A stretch of DNA of 64,000 bases from an uncultured virus (IMG/VR IMGVR_UViG_3300021425_003921) (taxonomy: Duplodnaviria; Heunggongvirae; Uroviricota; Caudoviricetes): the IMG/VR virus record IMGVR_UViG_3300021425_003921, one strand, 5' to 3'. The stretch's first letter is position 1. Each line of letters starts with the position of its first letter. The notes beneath the pieces were generated by a model. The model was given only the letters and a program-made list of their open reading frames with translations. It searched no databases and was not told the origin of the DNA. Below are positions 28,089 through 38,909 of the stretch, piece after piece. Position numbers and translations under genes: made by a program.

Positions 28089-30704
28089 CTAAATAATATA
28101 CGCTCCGGGTGAGGTTGCCATAGCCTTAATGGTGGGGTCGTGAATCCAATACCACCATCCATTTTCTCGTTGAGTTTCTTTAATTTCCTCTTGCAAAATT
28201 CTTTCAGAATAAACATCTAATCTACGAGCAAGGAAAGTAGGGGTGTTGTCATCAACCCATCCGGTGTAAGTTCCCATTCGTCGTCGTTCCCACATAACTT
28301 CTACTCCGGGATAATATTTTTCAGGAGAACCATTATTCCATGCTTCTCGTAAATTAGCGGCTCCACCAATACTCGTCCATGGTTTACTATATGGATTACC
28401 CGCACCTGAAGGATCATTTTTAAAGGCTAAATCACGGCCATAAGTCATCATACTTAGACAAGTTCGACAACGGTAAAGTGGGGCTGCCGTAGAAGCACTC
28501 GTGTCTACATAACCCAAGGCTTTGGGTCGGTGAGTAGGATTAGCAAAAGCAGAATCGGGTGATTTACCTCGTAGATTAATAGAACAATGATTGAAAATAT
28601 CCATCATCATGTGCGATTTGGGATTCATCCATAAATATTTACTTCGACGCTGCAATTCTCCGGTTTTAGTCCGTGGATCGTAAGATGGACCTTCTGAAAA
28701 TCGTGGGAAGGTTCTAAGAGTTCCAGAGTTTCCGGTTTGTGGATTTCGGTAAACTTGATTGGGAACTGACATATCTACCCACTTACGACGGTCATTTCGA
28801 TAAGCCGATTGAGCACGACCTTCACAAACTAACCAAGTAAATGCTGGGAAAGTAACTCCTGATGCGGGATATGTTGCGGCTGTTGCACGAGCAGTAACAT
28901 AATCTGTAACATTGGTGTTATCGCCTTTATAATCTCCACTAAGAGCCAAACATCCTAATTCTGTGGTGTTGATAAGATCTCCATTGGGTAATTCACAAAC
29001 ACCTTCTGGATCTGCTGTGGGCCCACCCTTTCCAGAATCTTCACTTAAAGGATTTCCTAATAAATCACATAATAAATCTTTAGGACACGAAGCAGATTTA
29101 GAGCCACCCTCTCCATCACCAATTCCTAATAAGGCTTGTGCCTCTTGGATATCTCGGGGTATTGGAATAGTGGTAAATAAAGTTTTGAGGTGCAATTCAT
29201 AAGAATACCCGTCTTCGGCATCATCAGTTACTAAAAGTAGGGTTCTTTCTTTAAGTAGAACAGGTTTTTCTCCAATTTTTTTAAGAGGAACTACTTTATC
29301 ATCGGCTTTGACAAATAATTTTTTCCGAGGATAAATTAATTTTCCACGAACTCCTGAAGAAACAGATCTAATATTAAATGGGTCTGTTTTTTTTCCACAT
29401 TCGGGACAAAGGGTAAGTGGGCGGGCTGAAGAAAACGGGGTTAAATTGCTAACATCAAAACTGCAATAACGACAAGTAATATTAACGGTTCCACTACGAC
29501 TTCTATCATAAGGAGTTCCAGTTTTTTGACAGTTAGGACAAGTAATTTGACCGGCCGAACCCCATAATAATATACTTCCATCACGACCTCGATATCCAGG
29601 GTGGTTAAAACATCGTTGTTGCGGTTCCATAGTAAAGGCATATCTCATTTTACTGATAGGATATCGACTGGGTTCATTATTCCAAGTAAGTAAATCATCT
29701 CTAAGTTTGCGTTGGGAACTACGATAACCAGAACCATCTTGGTATTCTAAATCAGCAATTTCGGAATCTAATTGCCATGCTTCTCCGGTAGAAGTCCGTT
29801 GTGAAGACATAATATCTGTGGTAGAAGTTGGATTTAAAGAGGGTGTGCCAAAGAAAGTTTCTTCTTTACCATCAGGAGAAACTAATTTGTTGGGCCGATA
29901 AAAAGTATGACCATCAGAAGTGACTTGGTATCCTACTTCTAAATTGGGAATGTGTTCACAAGCCTGTTTAAAAGTATCAATTCTTTTATCATAGGGAACT
30001 CCGCCATAAGTTAAACGAAAAGCGAATGGTTTGGTATTACTTAATTGGGCTGGTTTTTGTCTCACAGTTCCTAAAACATAGTTAGTAGGTTTAATAGCCG
30101 TCAAAGTTTGGGCTTCAATATTATCAACGGTAGTTTCTCTAACCATGTGAACTGCCATATGTTCATGACCACATCCACCACCTTTGGTGTTATTACTACC
30201 ACAATAAATACAACTACGACCTTTAGTTCGAGTAGCAAAAGTAGCATTACAATCTTGACAATGGTTATAATCATTACAACGAACTCGGGCAATAACAGGA
30301 TATCCTTTTTGAGACCAAATTTTTTCTCTTTTTAGTTCTAAAGATCCCATCCAATTTTTAGCATCGTAAACACCCATGTCTACAAATTCAAAGTTATACA
30401 TTTGGTCTACTCTTCCACAGCCACCAAAATTAGGATCACAAATGTAAATACCGGAATCTTGGGAATCTCCACGATCGACAGGAATATATCCACCTAAAAA
30501 TCGTCGCATAAGATTAACCATGGATGCTTTATGAGAATTAAAATAATTTCGATTTTCATTTACCCCTTCAGCCAATTTAAGTGGGTCGCTTTTGTCAGGT
30601 CTAAAAATAGCCGTAAACATATCTTTTAAAACTTGAGTTCCAGTAGCGGAGGGAAAAGGATTTTCTTCATACATAATTATCACAACCGTGGGAAATCCTG
30701 ACAA
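28089..30704 (-). CDS. Large multi-Zn-ribbon protein
   Basis: 871 aa; CQDC, CIYC, CPNC, CRYC, CPEC, CRTC. Confidence 0.75.
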   Translation of the reverse strand: MSGFPTVVIIMYEENPFPSATGTQVLKDMFTAIFRPDKSDPLKLAEGVNENRNYFNSHKASMVNLMRRFLGGYIPVDRGDSQDSGIYICDPNFGGCGRVDQMYNFEFVDMGVYDAKNWMGSLELKREKIWSQKGYPVIARVRCNDYNHCQDCNATFATRTKGRSCIYCGSNNTKGGGCGHEHMAVHMVRETTVDNIEAQTLTAIKPTNYVLGTVRQKPAQLSNTKPFAFRLTYGGVPYDKRIDTFKQACEHIPNLEVGYQVTSDGHTFYRPNKLVSPDGKEETFFGTPSLNPTSTTDIMSSQRTSTGEAWQLDSEIADLEYQDGSGYRSSQRKLRDDLLTWNNEPSRYPISKMRYAFTMEPQQRCFNHPGYRGRDGSILLWGSAGQITCPNCQKTGTPYDRSRSGTVNITCRYCSFDVSNLTPFSSARPLTLCPECGKKTDPFNIRSVSSGVRGKLIYPRKKLFVKADDKVVPLKKIGEKPVLLKERTLLLVTDDAEDGYSYELHLKTLFTTIPIPRDIQEAQALLGIGDGEGGSKSASCPKDLLCDLLGNPLSEDSGKGGPTADPEGVCELPNGDLINTTELGCLALSGDYKGDNTNVTDYVTARATAATYPASGVTFPAFTWLVCEGRAQSAYRNDRRKWVDMSVPNQVYRNPQTGNSGTLRTFPRFSEGPSYDPRTKTGELQRRSKYLWMNPKSHMMMDIFNHCSINLRGKSPDSAFANPTHRPKALGYVDTSASTAAPLYRCRTCLSMMTYGRDLAFKNDPSGAGNPYSKPWTSIGGAANLREAWNNGSPEKYYPGVEVMWERRRMGTYTGWVDDNTPTFLARRLDVYSERILQEEIKETQRENGWWYWIHDPTIKAMATSPGAYII

Positions 30705-31930
30705 CGCATTTCAGCAAAATGGGCAACAATTCCAATGGCTTCTAAAAATTTGTGACCGGCTTCAATATCAGTCGAACCTCTAAATCCATCTTGTAAAGCA
30801 CGGAATCCTGCAAATTCTTGCATAACTAAAACCCGCCAAAGGGTTGATTGTTCTGAACAAGCCGATAAACTGGGGTCTGCCGTAACGGTGGAAAATCCTT
30901 CAGTAAGATCGCACGATGCCGTTAAACCACAATCGGGACAAAGTTCTTGAGTTAGATAAAATGGAATCCATTTACCACCTACTTCGTAATACCATGGGAA
31001 GGTAGGATTATCAGGATTAATTTCTTGATTAAGATCTTGCGTTTTAGTAACTGTATAAGTTCCTGCAGAAATGTTGTGATAAGGGTTACAGGCAGTTCGA
31101 CAACGAGGACATTTACTGCCAATCAAAATTTTATCTGGCATAATTTCATCACAGGAACTACATTGCACTAAAGTATAACTTTTATCTAATTTAATTTGTC
31201 GCCAAGAATCGGGTTTAGACATACAATTAGAAAGGGGTGGATAAACTTGGAATCCTCTGCCGTGCCCGGTTTTGACTTGGTAAAGTGGAGTAAGAGCCTC
31301 ATCGGGTTTAAAAACATCATCGGGATCAGAAGGGTCGTAAGCACCACGAGCCATTCCCGGGGGTTGATATCGATTATCTGGAAGGGTGCCAGCGGCTCGA
31401 AGCATATCGTGTTTATTAGTATTTTTGCAAATACGAGATTTAAGGTGCCATCGCTGAGACCAAGGCATTAAATCAATAATTTTTTGAACTTCGGGGTCAT
31501 TAGAAGATCTTTTCCAATCCCGAGCACCCATAATGTGTGTATTTACCAAAACATCTGAAAAAACATTGCTCCACTTAGGTTGTCGAGCATAATCAATCGG
31601 CCATTCGCCAATATCTTTACCCCATGAAGTTTGCCATCCCGGTTGCACCGAAAGATGTCCAACTTCGTGAGCAATAACGAATTGATTCATAGCAATAACT
31701 TCATCAAGGTTATCGAAACCATGAAAGTTTTCGGGAATGGCAGAATCAACCCATTCGGCACCAAAACAAACTTGTTTAGAATTGGTATAAGCATTGTGAA
31801 GCGAAGTAGACAAAACCATTTGTGTTTCTTGGGGAATACCTGTCATTTTCTTGAAAACCTTGTAAGTATCAATAAAATTGGCTGGCAAGTGGGCTGAGGC
31901 ACGAACCGAAGTAGTGGGTGCTTTTGCCAT
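30680..31930 (-). CDS. Zincin-like metallopeptidase of the type associated with vWA/MoxR loci, with Zn ribbons
   Basis: IAHEVGH followed by NVFSDVLVN; CSSC, CPRC, CPDC; TATA-like box at 31952. Confidence 0.75.
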   Translation of the reverse strand: MAKAPTTSVRASAHLPANFIDTYKVFKKMTGIPQETQMVLSTSLHNAYTNSKQVCFGAEWVDSAIPENFHGFDNLDEVIAMNQFVIAHEVGHLSVQPGWQTSWGKDIGEWPIDYARQPKWSNVFSDVLVNTHIMGARDWKRSSNDPEVQKIIDLMPWSQRWHLKSRICKNTNKHDMLRAAGTLPDNRYQPPGMARGAYDPSDPDDVFKPDEALTPLYQVKTGHGRGFQVYPPLSNCMSKPDSWRQIKLDKSYTLVQCSSCDEIMPDKILIGSKCPRCRTACNPYHNISAGTYTVTKTQDLNQEINPDNPTFPWYYEVGGKWIPFYLTQELCPDCGLTASCDLTEGFSTVTADPSLSACSEQSTLWRVLVMQEFAGFRALQDGFRGSTDIEAGHKFLEAIGIVAHFAEMRCQDFPRL

Positions 31931-31968
31931 GTGATGAGTTTATCATCACTACTATATTAAGTTTTTGG

Positions 31969-34900
31969 TCACCGTAGCGACTCGCCAAACAGATTATTAT
32001 AATAATTTCGGTCGGAAGCCATCATGTTTCCAGAATCAACTAAAGCCGTATTAGTTTTGAATCCTGGTTGTGAGTTTCCATTATTATAGTATCTTTGAAC
32101 GAATTGCTTGTCTTCAGTAATTGGAACGATAGTAAAGTCTTGACCTTCAGCAGTTACTCCCACATTGGTTTTAGCGGTGGTTGCCATAGCAGAGGTGATA
32201 CCTGCAGTAAAGAGAATATCTACCAAATCGGCGGAAGTTTCAGTAACATTTTTACCAACATAACTTAAGCGGAGCCACAATCGAAGTTTGTCTTTTCCAC
32301 TAATTGCTCGAAGTGCAGCCTGTGGAACCGTAATCGGAGCGTGGTCTAATTCGAAACAAGCGTAAATATCGTTGTAGGGGTCGGCATCAGGATCTCGGAT
32401 TTTTCGCTTAAGGAATTCTTGAGCCTTTTTAATCCATTCATCGATAGTAATTGGTTTAGCAGCCTTGCCTACCTTGATATCTGCATTGGGGAAATCATCA
32501 CCCATATCCATACCATCTCCAATATAAGGCTTAAAGTTGTCGTAGAACTTTTTGAGGGTGGTATTGACATCATATTTAGAAAGTGAAGTGTTGCCACCAC
32601 TTTGAAGATATCTTCCTGAAACTCGTAGAGATTGGTTAGCCGCAGCCTTGCTCAAATCATTATTGATGGTAAGTGGGTTGGAAACATCGTTGTTGTCATA
32701 AGTTTGAGCAGCACCGAATCCAATAAGAGTTCCCCAACCACCTTGAGCGTCATCGTAGGTAGGCCAATAAATTTGGTCAGGTCGAGGCCAAGGAGATTCA
32801 TCTCCCGGCTCTAAGTAACGCATACGACTTTCGGAAATTGCTTGTGGGAAGGGAATAACCGCAATTGAACCCGTATCGGGTTGAATTTGTAGACCTTCAG
32901 CACCCACAGTAGATCTCATTTCGCCCGAAATCATAGACAACAATCGGTCACGGTCATGAGTAAACAAGTTAGGTTCACGAGCGACAAATCCACGCAATCG
33001 GTAATAATCCCATGCTGTTGGTTCACCATTAGAAGCAGGATTCAAAATCATGTTTTCGTAGTTACTATACATTTCTTGATAGTTGCTTGGTGGGGTAGTG
33101 ATAAGTGGAGTTCCACGAGGACCAGCAAAAGACTTGGAGTAATCTCGCATAACTGTGCGTCCACGACCTTTGCGTTCTTCTTCGACAACCATGGTGGCAA
33201 TGTGCCAGTGAATTGGAGTAATATCTTCAACTTCACCTTCCATGATACTTCGATAAAGTGGGTCCAAAATCATAGATTCGTATTCCCAAACATTAGGCAC
33301 GGAATCCATCATGGTTCGGCAATGGTTATAGAAGTAATCTACATTGTCCAAAAGATTGGAGTTTTCTTCATCAGAAGGACTGACCTCAGAGATTTTACCT
33401 TCAAGGTATCCCTTAACAATAAATTCTCGAATAAACTCTTGTTCATTGACATAACCTAATCGGTTGCCGTCAAGACCTTTGTTGTTTCCTTCCATGTCTT
33501 TAGCACCGGCTTTAGCACGACCCATTCGGTGTGCAATAACATAAGGCACAGCATCCAAAATTTCTTGTCGGGAAACGAAGTCTTTGCCTCGCAAGAAAGC
33601 AAAGGCTTGAGATAGTTTTACCAAAGAGTTGGTGAAACGGAAACCAAGAACACGAGTAAAGACAATTGGAAGTTGTCCTTGACCAGCATCCATACTACCG
33701 AAAATTAGGTTAGCATCATCAGTTAGCACAGGTGAAGTAGTTCCTTTATCGGAAGTGCTGGTGTTGGTAGTGGTAGAGTAATCCAAGAGTGGTGATTCGT
33801 AAAGATTGATAGAATCTTCGTCAGCAAAAGTGTAGTTGTAATCGTTATCACCAAAAGTGATAGAAGATGGTCGCTTGGCGAAAATCTGTGAGAAGAGAAC
33901 TGAGATAACAGAAATATCACGCAGACCATCGAAACTTGAGCCGGGGGCTGTGAACTTCATATCTTTGCCAACAGTCTTCCAAAGAGAGAACAAATTGCTA
34001 ATTCTCATAGGGCGGAAAGAGTTGGAATCATTAGGATCCATGGTAAGATAATCTACTAAAATCATGTTAGGTTCTTTTCCACCAGCACCACCGTATTTGT
34101 TAGATAGTTGGTCGTATCGACCACCAAGAGAAACCGATTTAAACAATAGTTCCATGTCGATACGGTCGGTAAACGCCAAGTCGTTACCTTTTTGGTGAGG
34201 GTTGGTATCCATCCATGCTACGAAATCAGGTGATTTGAAAGTTTTACCACGGTATTCAACTAATTTTTCAGCAATTAGACCAAGAACAGCGTCTTCAACA
34301 CCTGATTGAGAACGGTTGGCTTCGTTGAAGAACTTAACAGGTTGAGTAACAATTTCACGAGGCACTGGTTCGAACTCGTAAGTGCTAACAGTTTCTCCGG
34401 CTTGGTTTACGGCTTCAACAGCACGAATTTCAAGACCATAAAGAACTTCATCAGGTCGCTTGTCGAAGTCAATTTTAGCCACACCGATTTCTCGAAGCAT
34501 TTCTACACCAATGTCGAATAATCCAGCACCCGAAACATCGTTGGTTCGATCGTCTACAAACCAATGGCACATAAGATGTCGTAGGAAGAAACCTTCGTTT
34601 CGTCCGGTATCAGTATAAAGTCCTCGTTGTTGGGTAGCCGAAACATATTCACCAAGTCCAGTAATGTGGTCACAAGATTCCTTAATGGCTTCTCCGTTGA
34701 TTTCAGGATATCGAAGTCGCATAGTATAAGGTCCGTATCGAGGTCCTAAAGCGTTATTGTAATCCACAAATTCTCCAGCAGCATCAACGACTTGAATAGG
34801 TTTAATTAGCATTCGAGTTCGACCTGCGTTTTTGGCTTCTTTGAAGGCTTCTCGATTGTTAGGATCCCAATGTGGTTGGGCACGACCGGCATTCCATTCA

Positions 34901-36321
34901 GCAAGATCGAAATCTTCAGCAACTTCTACTTGCCAACAATTATTCAATACTTTGTAAAACTTTTCAGGAGTCATACCTTTTTTGCTAATTTGGTCGCCAT
35001 CGATAGCAGGAAGTCCCATGCTGTGTTCCCATGAATCTTGAGGATAATCTACTGAGGCTCTTTCGAACTCACGAAGGAAGTTGAAATCAAAAGTATAAGC
35101 ACCTGATTTACGAACTGTTCCGGGAATGGTAGGCTCCCAATCTCGGAATCGCCATCCATTCCAATTACGATAAATGGATTCGTTGCGTTGGTCGTTATAT
35201 AAAACATTGTATTGTTGTCCTGTGGGGGCAACATCAACCATGTGGACATTGCTAATAAAATCGTTAGGGGCATAAACCATTTTAAGTTCTGGTAGGGTGT
35301 GAATGTTGTTGTAATCAAGAGGATATTTTTCCATAGTGGCGTCGTTAGCCAAATAAGTTTTGTTGATATGGAATCCGTAGGAGTTACCCATAAGAGTAGC
35401 CGCAGAGTTGATAACCGTAGTTTTACCTGTTCCCGGAATACCTGATAGACGAGTAGTAGAGTTCTTCATTAGCCAAGCAGCAATAAAGGCTTCTAATTGT
35501 TGGTAATCGTCGAAACCGAAAACTGAGTTAAGTCGCTTGATAAGTTTTCGCAACCATTGAAGAGTTTTGACTCGCTTTTGGCGGGCTTTGCGTTGAGAAA
35601 TAAGAGTGTAATATTCTTTGAATGGTCCTTCCACAGCACGACCCATGTTATCAGGAGAATATTGTTTTGCTCCATTGGTGAGAGCAGTCATAGTAGAACC
35701 TTTAAAGACTTTATCGACCTTTACTTCTCCAACAGCATCTACATCAATTCCCAAAATTGAAGTAATATCTTGTCCTGCATCATCGAAAATTTGGATAGAT
35801 CCTGCACCACCCAAAGCGTTGTTAAGAACATCAATACGATTTAATGATTCTGGAAGTTCTACTACTCGAACCATATCTGATAATTCCATGTTTCGGGCGT
35901 CGGCTACTTTACTCAACAAGTCGGCAGTTTTCTTGCCCAAAATACTACGAACAAACTTAATATCGGAGGGTGCTTGTGCCGTAGTTACTAAAGGTGTAAT
36001 CATTTCGCCATCAGCATCATATTGAGGAGCAATTAAATCGGCTACTACTGATAATTCATCGGTGCCGACGAAATCAGACAATTCTTGCATAATGTCGGGA
36101 TGAACAGGAATGTTAGCCGCCATATCTTCAGAAATTTCTTCTTCTGTAATTTCTTCCATAGTTTGATCTTCTTCAGAAACGACCTCATCTTCAGTAGTTT
36201 CCATTTCTTCGGAAACGGCTTCAGGCATATCTAAATCATCTTCTAAGTTTTCAGGGTCACTAAAAAGGTCAGTCAATTCGTCCATTTCATCTTGAATTTC
36301 GTCTTCATCCATAATAATCAC
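31969..36321 (-). CDS. Very large MoxR-like AAA+ ATPase with long insertion
   Basis: Walker A GIPGTGKT; KRPDEVLYG; Walker B variant KFFNEANR; WMDTNP...DLAFTDR; lid SQAFAFLRGKDFV...VIAHR; acidic N-terminus. Start may be the ATG at 36312. Confidence 0.85.
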   Translation of the reverse strand: MIIMDEDEIQDEMDELTDLFSDPENLEDDLDMPEAVSEEMETTEDEVVSEEDQTMEEITEEEISEDMAANIPVHPDIMQELSDFVGTDELSVVADLIAPQYDADGEMITPLVTTAQAPSDIKFVRSILGKKTADLLSKVADARNMELSDMVRVVELPESLNRIDVLNNALGGAGSIQIFDDAGQDITSILGIDVDAVGEVKVDKVFKGSTMTALTNGAKQYSPDNMGRAVEGPFKEYYTLISQRKARQKRVKTLQWLRKLIKRLNSVFGFDDYQQLEAFIAAWLMKNSTTRLSGIPGTGKTTVINSAATLMGNSYGFHINKTYLANDATMEKYPLDYNNIHTLPELKMVYAPNDFISNVHMVDVAPTGQQYNVLYNDQRNESIYRNWNGWRFRDWEPTIPGTVRKSGAYTFDFNFLREFERASVDYPQDSWEHSMGLPAIDGDQISKKGMTPEKFYKVLNNCWQVEVAEDFDLAEWNAGRAQPHWDPNNREAFKEAKNAGRTRMLIKPIQVVDAAGEFVDYNNALGPRYGPYTMRLRYPEINGEAIKESCDHITGLGEYVSATQQRGLYTDTGRNEGFFLRHLMCHWFVDDRTNDVSGAGLFDIGVEMLREIGVAKIDFDKRPDEVLYGLEIRAVEAVNQAGETVSTYEFEPVPREIVTQPVKFFNEANRSQSGVEDAVLGLIAEKLVEYRGKTFKSPDFVAWMDTNPHQKGNDLAFTDRIDMELLFKSVSLGGRYDQLSNKYGGAGGKEPNMILVDYLTMDPNDSNSFRPMRISNLFSLWKTVGKDMKFTAPGSSFDGLRDISVISVLFSQIFAKRPSSITFGDNDYNYTFADEDSINLYESPLLDYSTTTNTSTSDKGTTSPVLTDDANLIFGSMDAGQGQLPIVFTRVLGFRFTNSLVKLSQAFAFLRGKDFVSRQEILDAVPYVIAHRMGRAKAGAKDMEGNNKGLDGNRLGYVNEQEFIREFIVKGYLEGKISEVSPSDEENSNLLDNVDYFYNHCRTMMDSVPNVWEYESMILDPLYRSIMEGEVEDITPIHWHIATMVVEEERKGRGRTVMRDYSKSFAGPRGTPLITTPPSNYQEMYSNYENMILNPASNGEPTAWDYYRLRGFVAREPNLFTHDRDRLLSMISGEMRSTVGAEGLQIQPDTGSIAVIPFPQAISESRMRYLEPGDESPWPRPDQIYWPTYDDAQGGWGTLIGFGAAQTYDNNDVSNPLTINNDLSKAAANQSLRVSGRYLQSGGNTSLSKYDVNTTLKKFYDNFKPYIGDGMDMGDDFPNADIKVGKAAKPITIDEWIKKAQEFLKRKIRDPDADPYNDIYACFELDHAPITVPQAALRAISGKDKLRLWLRLSYVGKNVTETSADLVDILFTAGITSAMATTAKTNVGVTAEGQDFTIVPITEDKQFVQRYYNNGNSQPGFKTNTALVDSGNMMASDRNYYNNLFGESLR

Positions 36322-36322
36322 C

Positions 36323-38449
36323 TCAGAACTCCAATTCCAACTCCAATAGGATTGGTTTGTCCTTGTGTCGCCCTACTATATAGTATTTTCGGCCTTTTTC
36401 AAAAGCGACGGTGCTGGTAGCGTTTTGATCTGTTTTACTACCATTTCGAACATTCCAATTATCTGACATACGCTCTTGGCGTCGAATAAGTTTTTGTTTT
36501 TCGTGAGCCGCAGCAGGATCTCCTTGTTTGAGTTCAATAGATTCTACTTTACCACGAATAGTTGTTCCCAACAAATCCACGGCTGCAAATTCATCATCAG
36601 GATTGGGAATGTTGATAGTTAGACTTTTATTGTTCATCATATTTTCAAACATTAGAGAAACATCACTAATAAGAGTTTCTCCCGTAGGATTGCCTTCATC
36701 ATCCATAACTTGTTGAGGGGCAGAAGTTTTAATTTCGGCAAGCATTAACTGTCGTAGACCTGCGGAATCAATTTCCAATTCTCCCATAACAGTTTTATTG
36801 TCAATAAAGGGTGTTAATAGTAAATCTAATTCTTGCTCATCGCCGGGGAAAATCAAAGTTTCTTGACGCATTTCTCCTGTGCCAACAAACAAATCAGAGT
36901 TTCGACCCGTATCTCCGGACATAATAATATTTACTGCAAGATAAGTTTGAGTAGTATCTAACTCTTCATCAATATCTCCGACAACACGAGATAACCAATA
37001 ATTTTCTTCTCGGAAAGTGCCGTCAAGATCTTCGATGCCTCCCAAGTAGGATTCTAAAGAGGCTTGTATATTGGATGCGGGAACTGCCTTAGAATAATAT
37101 CCAAAGACAGCACCTTTATCTCGAAGTTCATTAAGGGCTTCATTATAATCATCTTTGCTACTACTAACAGTAGTAATTCCATAATCACTATCTCGGGATG
37201 GGCCAAAATAAATAAATGGGAAATTGATTTCTCCAGCATCTGCAATTAAATCAGGAGCACACCAAATGTTATTAAAAGAGTTTACAAGAAAATCAAAATC
37301 TACAATTTGATTGTTTTCCATTCTAAAAATTTCATCAGAGCCATTTCTAACTACTAAAGCATCAATTTCTTCGGTTCCTCTAACCCATCTAACCTCCAAA
37401 GAAGTATAGTCGTCTTGATAAACCAATTCACCAAGACTATTTACCTTGAGAGTTCCATCACAGATATCGATAGAAACTGCTGGCGAGGCATCAGCACTTG
37501 TAGATTGAGTAGAAGTATCAGCAAAAAGATCTAACATCACATTTGTAGAAGTAACCGGGGGTTGAAGCATATCATTTTGTGAATCTTGTTGTAAAGAAAT
37601 TTTAATTGTGCCACCATAAGGATAAAATCCATTGTAGTTGGTAGCACGAGCCGCATAAGTAGCATCATTTAAAGATCTACCTGTGAACATTGGTGTAAGA
37701 CATTTGCTTTCTGGTTCTTGAGGAGGATTGTCGGGATAAAATCTTTTATCTGCCTCGGGTTTTGGAGTTTCTTCGATTTCGACTACTTCTTCCATATCTT
37801 CATCTTCATCATCAGAAGTTACTGGAGCGGGTGTTGGTGTCGCTGTCGGCGTTGGTGTTGGAGTAGGTGTGGCCGTAGCAAGATTAGGGTGAACTAAATT
37901 GTTTCCCATAACATAAGTATCACCTAATTGAGCGGGGAATGCTGAAAGATAGTTGGTTCCAGCAGCCACATTTTTAGCAGCAATAATCCATGTTGGGTCA
38001 GGTAATCCCGTAGAGGCGATAGAAAGAATATTGCGGGCCATCATACCATTGTGGTCAAAATATTCGGGACCTAAGTTGCGAGAAGGAAGTGGGTCGCCTG
38101 CAGAATTGACTTTTGTGCTGGCAGAAGTTCCGGTGTTAGTAGCCGGAGGAGCAGAAATATTACGAGTATAATTATCAGCCTCTCCCTCACCGTTAAGACC
38201 TAAAAAGGTCATAATATTGGAATCGTTCCAAAACTTTTTTGCAGACATCATAGCAGAGTATTGAGAACCACCACCAATAACGGGATTATTAGCACCTCGA
38301 CCTTTTCCATAGACGGGAACAGTATATCCATTAGCCGCCAAGAAATTTACAATTTCATCATCGAGGGCAGTTAGTGTTTTCTTGGAAAATCCTTCAGTAT
38401 TTAGATAACCCATGATTGTCATACATTGGTCAATCGTAAGTTGAGGCAT
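36323..38449 (-). CDS. Acidic hypothetical protein with Thr-Pro linker
   Basis: 708 aa; ATATPTPTPTPTATPTPAP; TATA at 38472; translationally coupled to the AAA gene. Confidence 0.8.
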   Translation of the reverse strand: MPQLTIDQCMTIMGYLNTEGFSKKTLTALDDEIVNFLAANGYTVPVYGKGRGANNPVIGGGSQYSAMMSAKKFWNDSNIMTFLGLNGEGEADNYTRNISAPPATNTGTSASTKVNSAGDPLPSRNLGPEYFDHNGMMARNILSIASTGLPDPTWIIAAKNVAAGTNYLSAFPAQLGDTYVMGNNLVHPNLATATPTPTPTPTATPTPAPVTSDDEDEDMEEVVEIEETPKPEADKRFYPDNPPQEPESKCLTPMFTGRSLNDATYAARATNYNGFYPYGGTIKISLQQDSQNDMLQPPVTSTNVMLDLFADTSTQSTSADASPAVSIDICDGTLKVNSLGELVYQDDYTSLEVRWVRGTEEIDALVVRNGSDEIFRMENNQIVDFDFLVNSFNNIWCAPDLIADAGEINFPFIYFGPSRDSDYGITTVSSSKDDYNEALNELRDKGAVFGYYSKAVPASNIQASLESYLGGIEDLDGTFREENYWLSRVVGDIDEELDTTQTYLAVNIIMSGDTGRNSDLFVGTGEMRQETLIFPGDEQELDLLLTPFIDNKTVMGELEIDSAGLRQLMLAEIKTSAPQQVMDDEGNPTGETLISDVSLMFENMMNNKSLTINIPNPDDEFAAVDLLGTTIRGKVESIELKQGDPAAAHEKQKLIRRQERMSDNWNVRNGSKTDQNATSTVAFEKGRKYYIVGRHKDKPILLELELEF

Positions 38450-38489
38450 AATTATTATTGGGTGAGTCCAACTATATAAAACTTCGCAC

Positions 38490-38909
38490 CTAAATGGATC
38501 TTCCTTGTTGTCTTAAGTCCATAATTAATTCTGCACGAAAAAACTGATAGACTCTTCTAAACCAAGTAAGATGAGTTTCAAAATAAGAAACGATATGTGA
38601 AATTTCGGGATATATTTTACCATAGGGTCTGAGGGCTTCAATAAAATCTTGGAAACCTGAATTAGCCCAAACCAAAATACCTTTGTCTGATAAAGAGTTA
38701 ATAAATTCTTCGTTAATCATTAATCTGTTAAAAATAGGTAGGACTTCTGCCTCGGCTTCTGTGGGAAAATAATAAGGATTCATAGTGATAAATCGATCTC
38801 CTAAATCAAAATAAGAGCGTAGGTGAATACCTTTTAACCATTCCACCCAAGTTTCTAATTGGATAGCACAAAAACGACTCCAAACAGGATTAATTTCAGT
38901 CGTCATCAC
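38490..38909 (-). CDS. Hypothetical helical protein
   Basis: 139 aa; GGTGA SD. Confidence 0.75.
   Translation of the reverse strand: MMTTEINPVWSRFCAIQLETWVEWLKGIHLRSYFDLGDRFITMNPYYFPTEAEAEVLPIFNRLMINEEFINSLSDKGILVWANSGFQDFIEALRPYGKIYPEISHIVSYFETHLTWFRRVYQFFRAELIMDLRQQGRSI

Noticed and set aside
34400..35400. Intein in the large AAA+ ATPase
   Set aside because: No C/S start with HN-[CST] end and no LAGLIDADG motifs were recognised in the insert.
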